Source: Catajapyx aquilonaris (taxonomy: Eukaryota). From it: DNA of 20,212 nt. The stretch is from NCBI GenBank assembly GCA_000934665.2, contig KZ538332.1, forward strand, positions 62,001 to 82,212, written 5' to 3'. Each line of letters starts with the position of its first letter. Position 1 is the stretch's first letter. Under the pieces are notes generated by a model. The model did not search any database. It was not told the DNA's origin and was given only the letters and a program-made list of their open reading frames with translations. The position numbers and the translations under genes were made by a program. This document shows, piece by piece, positions 9,517 to 19,363 of this stretch.

Positions 9517-10811
9517 CCTTAACATGGGGTCTGTGCGAAGGGTTTCTTCAAGACCAGGATAAAGTGGCCAAAAGTATTTGAACCCGATAGTACATCCCCT
9601 CTTCAGCCTGCCCATGCACAAAGTCTTGAATGAGAAGTTCCCCTACGCCTGGCCCCCTAGAGGCCTAGATCTTACCCCTCTGGACTTTTTCTTGTGGGGA
9701 TACATCAAGAACACTGTATGGTGAAGAGATCTGGGATCTCCAGCATCTACGGGATAGGATTGCTCAGCCATTGCAATGGTAACTCCAGACTGATTAAGCA
9801 GGTTTGGTATGAGACCAAATACCGTCTTGATAAAATATCTGTCAAGCGACAAATGGAGCTCATAACGTAGCATTCTAAGGTAAGCCCAAAACTTAAGACA
9901 TTTCTTAGCATTTCAAAACTTAAATCATTCAGATATGCTTACAAGTTTTCAACTTACAGAGTTTTATAATCCATGCATTCTTTTTTGATGACCTTGTGTT
10001 TTTCCATGTTCACGATAAAGAAAATGAGCTTCATCAATTGGTGCATCTGATTTTCTCATAATATTTTTAAAGGGGTATAAAAGGAGGAGGAAGCTGATTC
10101 CCTACATTCTGTAGCATTTAGATTTGTATTTCATAATGAAATGGTTTAACCAGAAGAGATCCCAGAAAAAAATTAGTAAGTGCCCTTTCTCGGTCAGGCA
10201 GCATGTGATGTCAGTTCTGACCAGTAGGCTATTTTGGAATTTTTAAGAAATGTAATGGCAGCTTGTGATTTTCTCTGAGTACCACAGGCTAAAAGCTATT
10301 TCACAAATTTTGTGACATGTGAACATGGTGGGAACTGAGCAGCAGTGGGGCAGGGTTGAATTGCAGGGACATAGTGACCCTGTCTGTAAGGAAGCCATTC
10401 CAATAAATTGTTGTGACCAATCCTTTTGCTGCCAGCTCCCTGTCCTCTTTCCAACTGGCCAAAATTCATTGGGTTGGACTTCAGTGATTTCACCTCTGCT
10501 CAACCACTGACTTTCAAACCGTTGTGGAATTTCTTAATAATTTAGGTAGTGCTTTGACCCTTTCTGGAGTTTGTCCCATGTAACTTTATTATTTATACCA
10601 TAGCATTCCTGTTCGGATTTTTGTGTGTGTGAAGTGCCCTGGTCTGCAGTTGGGAGTGAATGGGAGGGGAAGTGTAAGTGCAATGTCAGTCTCAGTCATT
10701 TTGTGAGTTATCCCAGGTGGTTAGTCTCAAGGAATCCCACCCGGGATGAAGCCAGAGATGACCCAACTCTGCATGAGATGAAGAGGGGAAAGCCTGGCTT
10801 GGGAACATGAA

Positions 10812-11644
10812 CTCACAAGGGACAGTCCCCGGGTGATAATGACAGCTCTTGATGAAACTTAACATGGGACTTAACAGGACAATATATGATAACCAAAAAT
10901 TAAATATTTCGTGCTGAGGCCCATATTTGCAAATGTTATGACGTCTTAAAGTGCCAAAAATAGTACATTTTCATACACAATGGGATTACATTAGCGACCA
11001 CATATAATGACATTGATGTGTTTAATCAGTTTCTAGACTTTTTCTCATTGGAAAAAAAATCCTATAGAACTGCTCTATTTGTCCGTCTGTGGACAGGTAT
11101 CAAGAACTAAACTGTAAGAGATAAACGGTTTTCATATTCGGATTAAGCATGACCAAAATAGGTTTCATGGTCAACTTTTGGTGACCCGCCACTTCCGGTT
11201 TTCCTGGTGCACTCTATCTGCACAAGTCTACGGGCGGTTTAGAAAACTGGAAGTGGCGGGTCACCGGAAGTTGACCATGAAACCTATTTTGGTCATGCTT
11301 AATCCGAATATGAAAACTGTTTGTTTCTATCTCTTACGGTTTAGGCCTTGATACCTGTCCACAGATGGACGGACGGATGGACAGAGCCATTCTATAAGAC
11401 TTTTCCGATTTAAAAAAATCTAAAAACTGTTTACACACTTCAATGTCATTACATGTGGTTGCTAATGTAATCCCATTGTGTATGAAAATGTAATATTTTT
11501 GGCACTTTAAGACGTCATGACTTTTGCAAATGTTGGCCTCAGCAGAAAATATTTCATTTATGGTTATCATATATTGTCCTGTTAAGTCCCATGTTAAGTT
11601 TCATCAAGATCCGTCATTATCACCCGGGGACTGTCCCTTGTCAG
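10812..11644. mobile_element. Foldback element, ~390-bp arms and ~38-nt spacer
   Basis: 10812-11203 is the reverse complement of 11242-11644 (CTCACAAGGGACAGTCCCCGGGTGATAATGAC / GTCATTATCACCCGGGGACTGTCCCTTGTCAG). No clean TSD. Confidence 0.88.
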
Positions 11645-11855
11645 TACCCTTCCATCCATGGATGCTTATGTTTCTGCACTGCCACTCCCCCATCACTAGA
11701 ATTTTTGGAATACTACAGTTCTATAACCACCTATTTCCCACCTAGTTTACTTGCTACTGAATTTGTGAAATAGACTTAAGAGATGCCTGAGTAGCTGGGA
11801 TTTTTTCTACATCTTTTAGCATTTTTTTGTAATAAAATGTATATTTTTCCTTAAG

Positions 11856-11964
11856 GGGACATGTGGTGACGCAGGAATGTGTTGATCGCATCATAAAGAA
11901 GGACTGGCTGCATCCACTAACTGACCAAACATTAACAGAATCAGATATCATTCCACTGCAGAGG
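11856..11964 (+). CDS. NOSIP: NOSIP coding exon (T|GHVVTQECVDRIIKKDWLHPLTDQTLTESDIIPLQR)
   Basis: Not in the ORF track; translated by hand. Acceptor tttttccttaAG at 11854-11855 completes the phase-2 codon AC|G after a 9393-nt intron. Donor AGG|GTAATG at 11965. Confidence 0.92.
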
Positions 11965-12023
11965 GTAATGAATGAGTATTTGAATTAAAACTGCCTAATT
12001 TGACACTTATCTTTTACTTTCAG

Positions 12024-12095
12024 GGTGGTACAGGATTTGCAAGTGTCAATGAGAAGCTTCAGGCAAAAGAACAGAGACCTGTCTTGCAAGTCTGA
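12024..12095 (+). CDS. NOSIP: NOSIP terminal coding exon (GGTGFASVNEKLQAKEQRPVLQV*)
   Basis: Follows a 59-nt GT-AG intron (11965-12023, acceptor cttttactttcAG). LQR|GGTGF is the conserved NOSIP C-terminus. Stop TGA at 12093-12095. Confidence 0.92.
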   Translation, partial: GGTGFASVNEKLQAKEQRPVLQV

Positions 12096-12172
12096 TGTGT
12101 ATATCAGGCTCTTTTGCACCCCTTGATGTGTTTGCACATGTGTATCATTAGTGTCCTAAAATATGGCACATA

Positions 12173-12900
12173 CAGGTGCCCCCCAACTTATGTAAGGTTT
12201 GTTCCACAACCTTAAGTGTAAGTCGAATTTTACACAAGTCTATGCCATGTTATATACTGTAATTTTCCTTCCAATTAATAAGATACAAATGGGCAAATTG
12301 GCAAATTGGCAAAAAAATAACATTCCTTGGTCTGCAGTGCACATGACAGACAAATGGTAATGGTACAAACCCACAATAAGTGCCACTTAGCAACTCTCGC
12401 ATCTAATTAAATTCATCATGGTCCAAGGTGGAGGACTCAGAAAAAGTATTGTGGTTTTGGAGCCTTGTGTACCTTACACTAGCTGTGTCAAGGAATGGTA
12501 TAGGGCAGTGGTTTCCAACCTTTTACTAACTGCGACCCCCTAAACATGTTTCCATAAATGTGCGACCCCCCCAGGCCCCTTCTACAACTGGCCCATTTCC
12601 GGAAAACATACACTCTGTACGACTGCAAAAATGGTCCAATTTACACAGAAATTGCAAAAAAAAAAAAAAAAGTTGAACAAAGGCTCGCGACCCTGCGCGA
12701 CCCCCAGGTTGGAAACCACTGGTAGAGGGAGACATATTCGAGTTGCCATGTGTGGCAATTTAAAGCATTTTCTTGCAATTGGCGTCATATTATATGACCA
12801 GACTATTGCATTAATTTAGCAGAATTTTTGGGCATGATAGAATTTTTTTACATAGTCTGGATCTATGTAAATCAAGGGTGTGTAAGTCAGGTACTGCCTG
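12173..12900. mobile_element. Degenerate pogo/Tigger-like non-autonomous element just 3' of the NOSIP stop
   Basis: TA|CAGGTGCCCCCCAACTTA vs right end read inward TA|CAGGCAGTACCTGACTTA. Subterminal GTGTAAGTC repeats at both ends. Confidence 0.55.
12506..12721. mobile_element. hAT (Charlie-like) MITE
   Basis: Perfect 16-bp TIR CAGTGGTTTCCAACCT. 8-bp TSD GTATAGGG/GTAGAGGG (7/8). Internal GCGACCCC repeats. Confidence 0.9.
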
Positions 12901-13196
12901 TACTTTATAAAACCATCACTTTAGACCAGCCCCCTGTCACTCATGTACCTTATACATTGCTCCCCCTGTGAACTTAGCTGATCTCCCACACCAAGGGGGG
13001 TTTGCCACAAGCGGCGCTAGGATCACGCACCAAGATAGGTGGTGCCGCCACTAGCGGGAAATTCTGAACCATTCCGGTCGACTCCGATTGGCTGGAGTCT
13101 TAAAGGCCTCCTGTACTACTCCAGCCAATCGGGAGTCGACCAGAATAGTTCAGAATTTCCCGCTAGTGGCGGCGCCCCCTATCTTGGGGTGTGATC

Positions 13197-13705
13197 TTAG
13201 ACCATATATACCAGTAGACGCTCCCTCTCCCTCTCAAAAGTGAAACCTGCCGTTCTGAGGGGGGGATCACGTGACTTAGGGCAAAAGGGAGGCGGGAAGG
13301 CGAAATTAACATGGCGCCTTATGGGGATTCCGACTATCTTTGCGCCGTCACCGTCAGGCGCCTATTGGGACTAAAAATATGCAATGGGTACCAAATGATA
13401 GCTCCACTCATGCCCCGTCTCATGCCGTGCATCTCCATCCGAGAGGTTGAGCGGGGAAGGACATAAAAAATCCTACACTTTGTCATTGTTTCTCGCCGGA
13501 AGTGCAGTTGTGTCACTACATCACTCAAACAACCACATTAAAATGATGCAAATTTTAATATGTTGTACAGACAATCTTCCTGTGCATATTTCACCAACTC
13601 GGGGTCGATTATAGAGGTTGGTTTAATTATTCGAAAATAAAAAAGTGATATCGGAACTTAGGGCAGCTTCAGTTAGGTACTGATTGATCAAAGTCTGTGC
13701 AAAAC

Positions 13706-13765
<60 letters not shown>

Positions 13766-13803
13766 GGCACAATTATTATTATTACTGCTACTATTGCTGC
13801 TGC

Positions 13804-13858
<55 letters not shown>

Positions 13859-13878
13859 ATATAATAATAATAATAATA

Positions 13879-13919
<41 letters not shown>

Positions 13920-13934
13920 ATAATAATAATAATA

Positions 13935-13970
<36 letters not shown>

Positions 13971-14497
13971 ATTATATGTTTTGCACAGACTTTGATCAAT
14001 CAGTACCTAACTGAAGCTGCCCTAAGTTCCGATATCACTTTTTTATTTTCGAATAATTAAATCAACCTCAATAATCGGCCCCGAGTTGGTGAAATATGCA
14101 CAGGAAGATTGTCTTTACGACATATTAAAATTTGGATCATTTTAATGTGGTTGTTTGAGTGATGTAGTGACACAAACTGCACTTCCGGCGAGAAACAATG
14201 ACAAAGTGTAGGATTTTTTATGTCCTTCCCCGCTCAACCTCTCGGATGGAGATGCACGGCATGAGACGGGGCATGAGTGGAGCTATTATTTGGTATGCAT
14301 TGCATATTTTTTGTCCCAATAGGCGCCTGACAGTGACGGCGCGAAGATAGTCGGAATCCCCATAAGGCGCCATGTTAATTTCGCCTTCCCGCCTCCCTTT
14401 TGCCCTAAGTCACGTGATCCCCCCTCAGAGTGGGGGGTTTCACTTCTGGGCTTGCTCGTAAACGGGAGGGGAGCGTCTACTGGTATATATGGTCTAA
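13197..14497. mobile_element. 1.3-kb foldback element with 10-bp TSD (Mutator-like by TSD and long TIR)
   Basis: GGGTGTGATC|TTAGACCATATATACCAGTAGACGCTCCC...GGGAGCGTCTACTGGTATATATGGTCTAA|GGGTGTGATC. Arms about 13197-13707 and 13976-14497, highly similar. Confidence 0.88.
13706..13975. repeat. Compound (AAT)n/(ATT)n trinucleotide microsatellite
   Basis: Three alternations of (AAT)n then (ATT)n blocks, with a few TGC/TAC variant units near 13783-13803. Confidence 0.97.
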
Positions 14498-14677
14498 GGG
14501 TGTGATCTTACCGCTGCCCGTGGCACACTCCCCGTGGTGGGGGAGATCAGCTAAGCTCACACAAAAAGGGGGGGAAGTGACCGTGGCCTGCTGTAGACTA
14601 CTGTATTTGTTTCTGCATGAAAGCTGTGGACAGGTCATTAATCAATGTGGTAGTGCACTCGACAGGATTGTAATCTA

Positions 14678-15100
14678 CTATCTATTTATTTAACCCCCTG
14701 TGTTTGACTCTAAATAACTCCCAGGCAAATGATTCAAAAAAATAAAGTTATATAATATTCGAAAGCTTGTTTAAATCCACGTAACATATATGCGAGTTGT
14801 TTTCCTATCTTAATTGTAATTTTTTATCATGAGAAGGTGTCATTTTTTGACTGTTTGCTGATACACCGTAGAAGTATTTTTTATGTGACACTTACCCAAG
14901 GCCAAAAAATTTCCCTGTGAACCATGGATAGTGCACATCTTTGTCTATCTAATGATAGGTTTTAAACTTAGAAATCACCATTTGTGTAATCATAAGTAAG
15001 TGTCTTGCACACCTTTGCTATCTCAGCCATTTCTAATCCTAATTATTTCACGAATGTGCTGTCGGCAAGTCAGAAATGTGCGTGATAAAATTAAACCAAG
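14678..15100 (+). mobile_element. Single diverged arm of the 4645-7019 foldback family
   Basis: CCCTGTGTTTGACTCTAAATAACTCCCAGG, GAAAGCTTGTTTAAATC, CGTAACATATATGCGAGTTG and AAACTTAGAAATCACCATTTG are collinear with 4668-5030. Confidence 0.82.
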
Positions 15101-15137
15101 CTCCAATACACTACATTTTAAAAATGTATTGTTTTAG

Positions 15138-15475
15138 GGGAGGCGAAGTGGCGCTGCGGTAACGTATGCGCCCGCGGATGTTCAGGTCCCAGGTTCGATC
15201 CCAACCCGGGGTTCCCCCCTTCATCTCGCGCAGAGTAAGACCGTCTCTGGCTTCGTTTCGGGTGGCGATCCTTCCACATATGCAACCCGGGGGAGTTCAC
15301 AAAACGGCACATCAACGTCTGTGCACACGCACTTTGCACATCCCCTCCCAGTTTCCCTGCCCGTGGGTCCGAGCGTATTCAAAAATAGACAACAGCCCTT
15401 TCCCTCCAATGGTGGTAATCCACCCCCCTATAGGCGAAACAGGTCATCACGGGGTACTTAAAAAAAAAAAAAAAT
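15138..15475 (+). mobile_element. Full-length tRNA-derived SINE with poly(A) tail and 11-bp TSD
   Basis: TSD TATTGTTTTAG (15127-15137, 15476-15486). A box TGGCGCTGCGG and B box GGTTCGATCCC. A15 tail. CpG-rich, suggesting a young insertion. Confidence 0.9.
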
Positions 15476-15601
15476 TATTGTTTTAGTAAGTTTGATATAT
15501 TGGTGACTCCGGATGTAACAGCCTCGGTTATAACAGACTCAAAAGGCCGGTCCCAGAAAATTTCCTTGAGCCCTGTGTATTTTTACTCCTGATATAATAT
15601 A

Positions 15602-16184
15602 CAGTAAAACTTCTATAAGTCGAACTTCTCTAAGTCGAAGAAAATGACGAGCTTGGTTGGTCACAATGTAAAATAATAGGAAATAAACTTCCCTAACTCG
15701 AATTTCTATAACTCGAAGTTCTCCATAACTTGAAGTGCAGGCAGGGCCTTAAGATGGGATATCAATGCATTTTCAGTCTCCCTAAGTCGAAGTTCATGTT
15801 GCCGAGTACGGAAAATTTTGTAATTTCCCAGCCAAAGGGTCGACAGTAGGCCACATGTACAGAAAGGCTCAATTTCCTGATCTCTGTCTACCAGACGCAC
15901 CGAAAGAAGTGTTTGACTCGATTGTCACAATTGAATCCTTGAATCTAAGAGTAGGAAAATGTCCATAACGGGAGATTTTTTTACAACAAAACAACGAGGA
16001 ACATTGTGAGTGTGATAGAGACAGTTACATTTAAGTTTTGAACACCTTTCGTCGCTGGATGTAAAGGTAGGCTTCCTTATAGAGTTCTGTGCTTTAAAAA
16101 AGCCAAACTTCTCTAACTCGAATCTTCTATAACTCGAAGTTTTTTCCCGGTCCCATGGAGATTCGACTTGTAGAAGTTTTACTG
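15602..16184. mobile_element. pogo/Tigger-like MITE, TA TSD
   Basis: TA|CAGTAAAACTTCTATAAGTCGAA...TTCGACTTGTAGAAGTTTTACTG|TA (22/23). Several internal TAA(C/G)TCGAA repeats. Confidence 0.9.
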
Positions 16185-16333
16185 TACTCATTTTCACCTC
16201 ATCTCGGCTATAACAACATTTTTTAGCCCGTCGGCGAGAAAATATGCTGCTTTTGATTATTATTCAGCATCTTTTTCCACGTGCAGGAAGGCAGTGAATA
16301 CTGGAGGGGAGGATTTTTGCATCTGTCACTGAT

Positions 16334-16713
16334 CTAACAAGGGAACGACCAAGGTCGGTCGCCTCGCATTTTGTTGAAACTCGTTTGAGGGGTCACTCAT
16401 GTGTGATAGACACAATGATGAATGTCCTAGATGCTACTGTCCAGCCGTTTCCCAGATATGAGCGACAAAAAAATCCGAATTTTGGCCACGTGTGATGGCG
16501 CGTACAGGTGTCAGGCGGGAAGGGACAAGTGCAAGAGCCCCTATTCCCCTATACGCGTTGCCAAAATTCGGATGTTTCTGTCTCTCATATCTGGGAAACA
16601 GATGGACAGTGTCATCTAGGACATTCACCATTGTGTCTTATCGCACATGAGTGACCCCTCAAGCAAGTTTCAACCAAATAGCAGGTGACCGACCTTGGTC
16701 GTTCCCTTGTAAG
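16334..16713. mobile_element. Foldback MITE, ~155-bp arms
   Basis: CTAACAAGGGAACGACCAAGGTCGGTC ... GACCGACCTTGGTCGTTCCCTTGTAAG. Arms about 16334-16491 and 16554-16713. Confidence 0.88.
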
Positions 16714-17169
16714 TTACTCAAAATCATACTTTTTCTGGTACATTTGGCAATAAGAGGCGCAGAAGAAAACTATGGATTGTTTTTTTGTCCTACCTAATTT
16801 ACCAGTGAGCTAATTTTGCGTTTTTGTGGATAGTTTCATTAATAAATGCAATAATGGACATTATAAGCACATGGAAAGCGTTTTCTCCACGGTCCCTTGA
16901 AGACTGTTATATCCAAAGTCAATTGTACAAGTGCCCAGGGCACTTTATGGTGGGAATGCACTGTGATCCGTAGTGGGACCAAGGAGGAGGAGGATCTTGC
17001 CATTGATACCATGGTTGTAAACTGAGAAGATAAATATCATAAATGACTCACCTTTAGCTGGTTAAAAGTCTTCTCCCAAGCCCTCACTAAAATCACTGTC
17101 AGAGTTTCCCTCAGACTTTTAACCAGCCCTCTCCTGATTCTAGGCCTCTTGGTGCATTGGTCATGCGAG

Positions 17170-17510
17170 CAGGGGCGTAACGACCATAAGTGCAGGTGGT
17201 GCGACTGCACCAGGGCCCCCTAGCCAAGTGACCCTCGAATTTTCCAACAAGTTTTAGAAAAATTTTAGGAAACTCACAAAACCATAATATACCTATAACC
17301 TATACAGGCTATGTAATTGATAGAAGAAGGGGATTCGACTATCTGATCGATTCAGGGTCTCACTATGTCACTGAGACACTCGCAGTCGCAGTGTCAGTAG
17401 AAAAACACTGAAATGATAAATCATTACATACGTAATGGCTCATATAGTCTACTGCCTATAATGGGGTCTCTGATACGATGGCCACTGGGCCAGGGGCCCT
17501 GGGGCCCCCA
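17170..17510. mobile_element. Possible truncated hAT-type element end
   Basis: CAGGGGCGTAAC start with GGGCCC-rich subterminal motifs (17213, 17487-17508). No matching second TIR found. Confidence 0.35.
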
Positions 17511-17721
17511 GACTAAAATACGTGAGATATGAACTCTCTTCGAAATACCATACCAGAAGAAAGACTTACCTGTTAGTGAACTCGTCATCCTGAGCATCAA
17601 AAACGATCGGACAAGGAAGTGGGTGTTTCATAAGGCAATGTTGATGAACAAAAGGCACAAAGAAACCTGTAATGCAAGTTCGCGACTTTTCCTAGAAAAA
17701 CAAGAGGCTAACAGTGACATC

Positions 17722-18240
17722 TTATTTTTCAACATAGTCCCCTTGCATGCTGATAAGCTTTGTCCAGAGTTTCTCCCATTTTTCTATGTGGTCCCAAAAA
17801 AATTGCTTCTGCAACATATCCTCCACAGGAGAAATCACTTCAGAGACAGATCCATGTGCCCTTCCATAAAGTTGTTTGTTATATTGGGGAATCGGCCAAA
17901 GCTTAAGGTTTAGTGTTTTAGCACTAACAGTGCGAAAAAAATGTCGCGGAAAAAATGGAGAGTTGGCCTGTGAATGCTCAACTCGAATGGCAAACTGTGA
18001 GGCTGAGTTGTTTCCCAACAAGCGGAGACCTACTATAGCTCAGGCAAAGGTGTAGACTGCAGAAGAAGGATATATGGTATCCACTGTAGCCAAACTGATG
18101 GCCAGGACCTCTGCTATGACTGTATCTCACTGTCAACCCCCTGTCTCCCATTTCCATGGTCGCCACAGCAGAGATGTTTTCCTCGGTAACAGTCGCTGGC
18201 CTTCCCTGGCTCTTCCGGGCTTTCTTGCCCACACTGGAAG
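17722..18240 (-). pseudogene. Decayed, internally deleted mariner transposase
   Basis: N-terminal HTH-like RKSQGRPATVTEENISAVATMEMGDRGLTVR and C-terminal WEKLWTKLISMQGDYVEK* (mariner ...W.K.....GDYVEK end). Frameshifted, with the catalytic core missing. Confidence 0.75.
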
Positions 18241-18519
18241 TGTGAAACCCATCTAATCACCCTTGGGTATGATGAATAACTGCCCCTCATTGTATCGGCA
18301 TGCCCATATTAAATATCCGCAGAGCTCATCTTCTCCAAAGGGAGATATTTGATGACAGAACGAGGCTCAAAGTTGTACTTGTCCTTGCAGAAGATTCACT
18401 GCTCTTTCCACTCTTCTAGATTTTTCCTCCCTTTTACATGATTGATGTAGGAATAATGGTGAAATATCCTGTGATCAGCACAAGAATGCCTCTATATGTT
18501 GCCCCATTTTAATATCTAC

Positions 18520-19180
18520 GTGGGTTGATTCATAAGTCATTGTTCGTATTTTTAAATTCAAAAACGGTAACACATACAGAGATGACCTTTGCTGAGTTTT
18601 GAAGCTTCGTCGATTACAATTTGATATGGCATAATTATATTATGTCATCCATATCGCGGGGGAGGCAGGGAAACAAAAGGGGATCATGACCCCCAGTCCC
18701 CCACACCTCACCATCGCCCTAAGAAGTCCCGAGCCCGATGCGCTTGGAGCTGTGGGATGCTGCATGCTGGACACTCGGAGATGGACAACACAGGAGCTTG
18801 CTTTCGAGTGTGGGACAAGTCAGAGCACTATGACTGGAGCCATGTGTCATCCATCGCCACAAACCGTTTGAAAAAACCATCATCCTCAATGCGATCGAGT
18901 TCCTAGTGAAGGCAAAATGTCGGCTCTTTTGCACCTTAAAGAGATGGCGAGGAACCAGTGAGGATGCCAACTTCCTGAGACCTTCCTTTCAGTCTTTCAG
19001 AGTCCTAAGCATAATATACATGCTGAGATCTTGCCTCACCCTGTACGCATCTGTGGACTTGCCCGGTTCACCAGCAATTAAATAAGCTTGTTTATAAGGC
19101 AGCGTGGGCAGAATTCTTAAACTAATTAACGGACTGGCCGTGCCATGAAACATAGTTGGATACACGGAACAAAATATCTA
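18520..19180 (+). pseudogene. Highly decayed mariner-like remnant
   Basis: MLDTRRWTTQELAFECGTSQST resembles the mariner HTH (DRRxTxxELA...S..T). EILPHP at 19025-19042 resembles LPHPPYSPDL. Boundaries are approximate. Confidence 0.45.
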
Positions 19181-19197
19181 AACCAAGGGGTTATTAA

Positions 19198-19323
19198 CCA
19201 CTCGACTGTGTACACTGGAGTACCAAAATTCAAGGTGTACCAAGGAGTGCCAAGGTAAGGAACCTAAGGAGTACCAGGGAGTACCACTGCTCACTGCAGG
19301 TGTACGCCTGAATACCAAAGTGG
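19198..19323. mobile_element. Tiny piggyBac-like MITE
   Basis: TTAA|CCACT...AGTGG|TTAA with internal GGAGTACCA-like repeats. The TIR is short. Confidence 0.5.
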
Positions 19324-19363
19324 TTAACCCCTTGATCTAAACTTTAGATTTTTCTAGTGTCTT

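Larger units (their letters stand above)
8509..9590. mobile_element. Small MITE (TA TSD, CTATCG termini, ~55-bp TIRs) expanded by a CA-associated array
   Basis: TA|CTATCGAGTTCAAATACTTTAGGCCACTTTATCCTGG...CCAGGATAAAGTGGCCAAAAGTATTTGAACCCGATAG|TA. Removing it restores the host transposase frame QDSV-HPLF. Confidence 0.88.
7813..9996 (+). mobile_element. Rearranged Tc1/mariner derivative with ~375-bp inverted arms made from the transposase 3' end
   Basis: TA|CAGGGTCA left end and TGACCTTG right end. 7813-8187 is the diverged reverse complement of about 9601-9996. The + strand remnant 8188-8508 and 9593-9860 reads ...FTD...EKVNV*CG...VVGP...TITGVTYLDLL...MQDS | ...LNEKFP..WPPRGLDLTPLDFFLWGYIKNTV, with stops and frameshifts. 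Confidence 0.85.
12962..14573. mobile_element. Older GC-rich palindromic element, right arm interrupted by 13197-14497
   Basis: Hairpin centred near 13110 (CCGCCACTAGCGGGAAATTCTGAA / TTCAGAATTTCCCGCTAGTGGCGG). The arm continues after the insert (CTTAGCTGATCTCCC at about 12973 vs GGGAGATCAGCTAAG at about 14541). Outer ends are uncertain. Confidence 0.75.
15500..16925. mobile_element. Old pogo/Tigger-like element hosting two later insertions
   Basis: Degenerate TIR TGACTCCGGATGTAACAG (left) vs TGACTTTGGATATAACAG (right, read inward), both next to TA. Internal CTCGG(T/C)TATAACA repeats and CGGTCCC subterminal motif. Confidence 0.5.

Noticed and set aside
10243..10810. Short ORFs as a nested intronic gene
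   Set aside because: No recognisable domain or consistent splice structure. The sequence is left unassigned.
13684..13920. 78-aa ORF with poly-N/Y/I runs
   Set aside because: Translation of the AAT/ATT microsatellite, with no coding evidence.
15138..15210. tRNA gene (also 4250-4322 on the minus strand)
   Set aside because: A/B boxes are present but they continue into SINE bodies with tails (and a TSD here). No convincing full cloverleaf.
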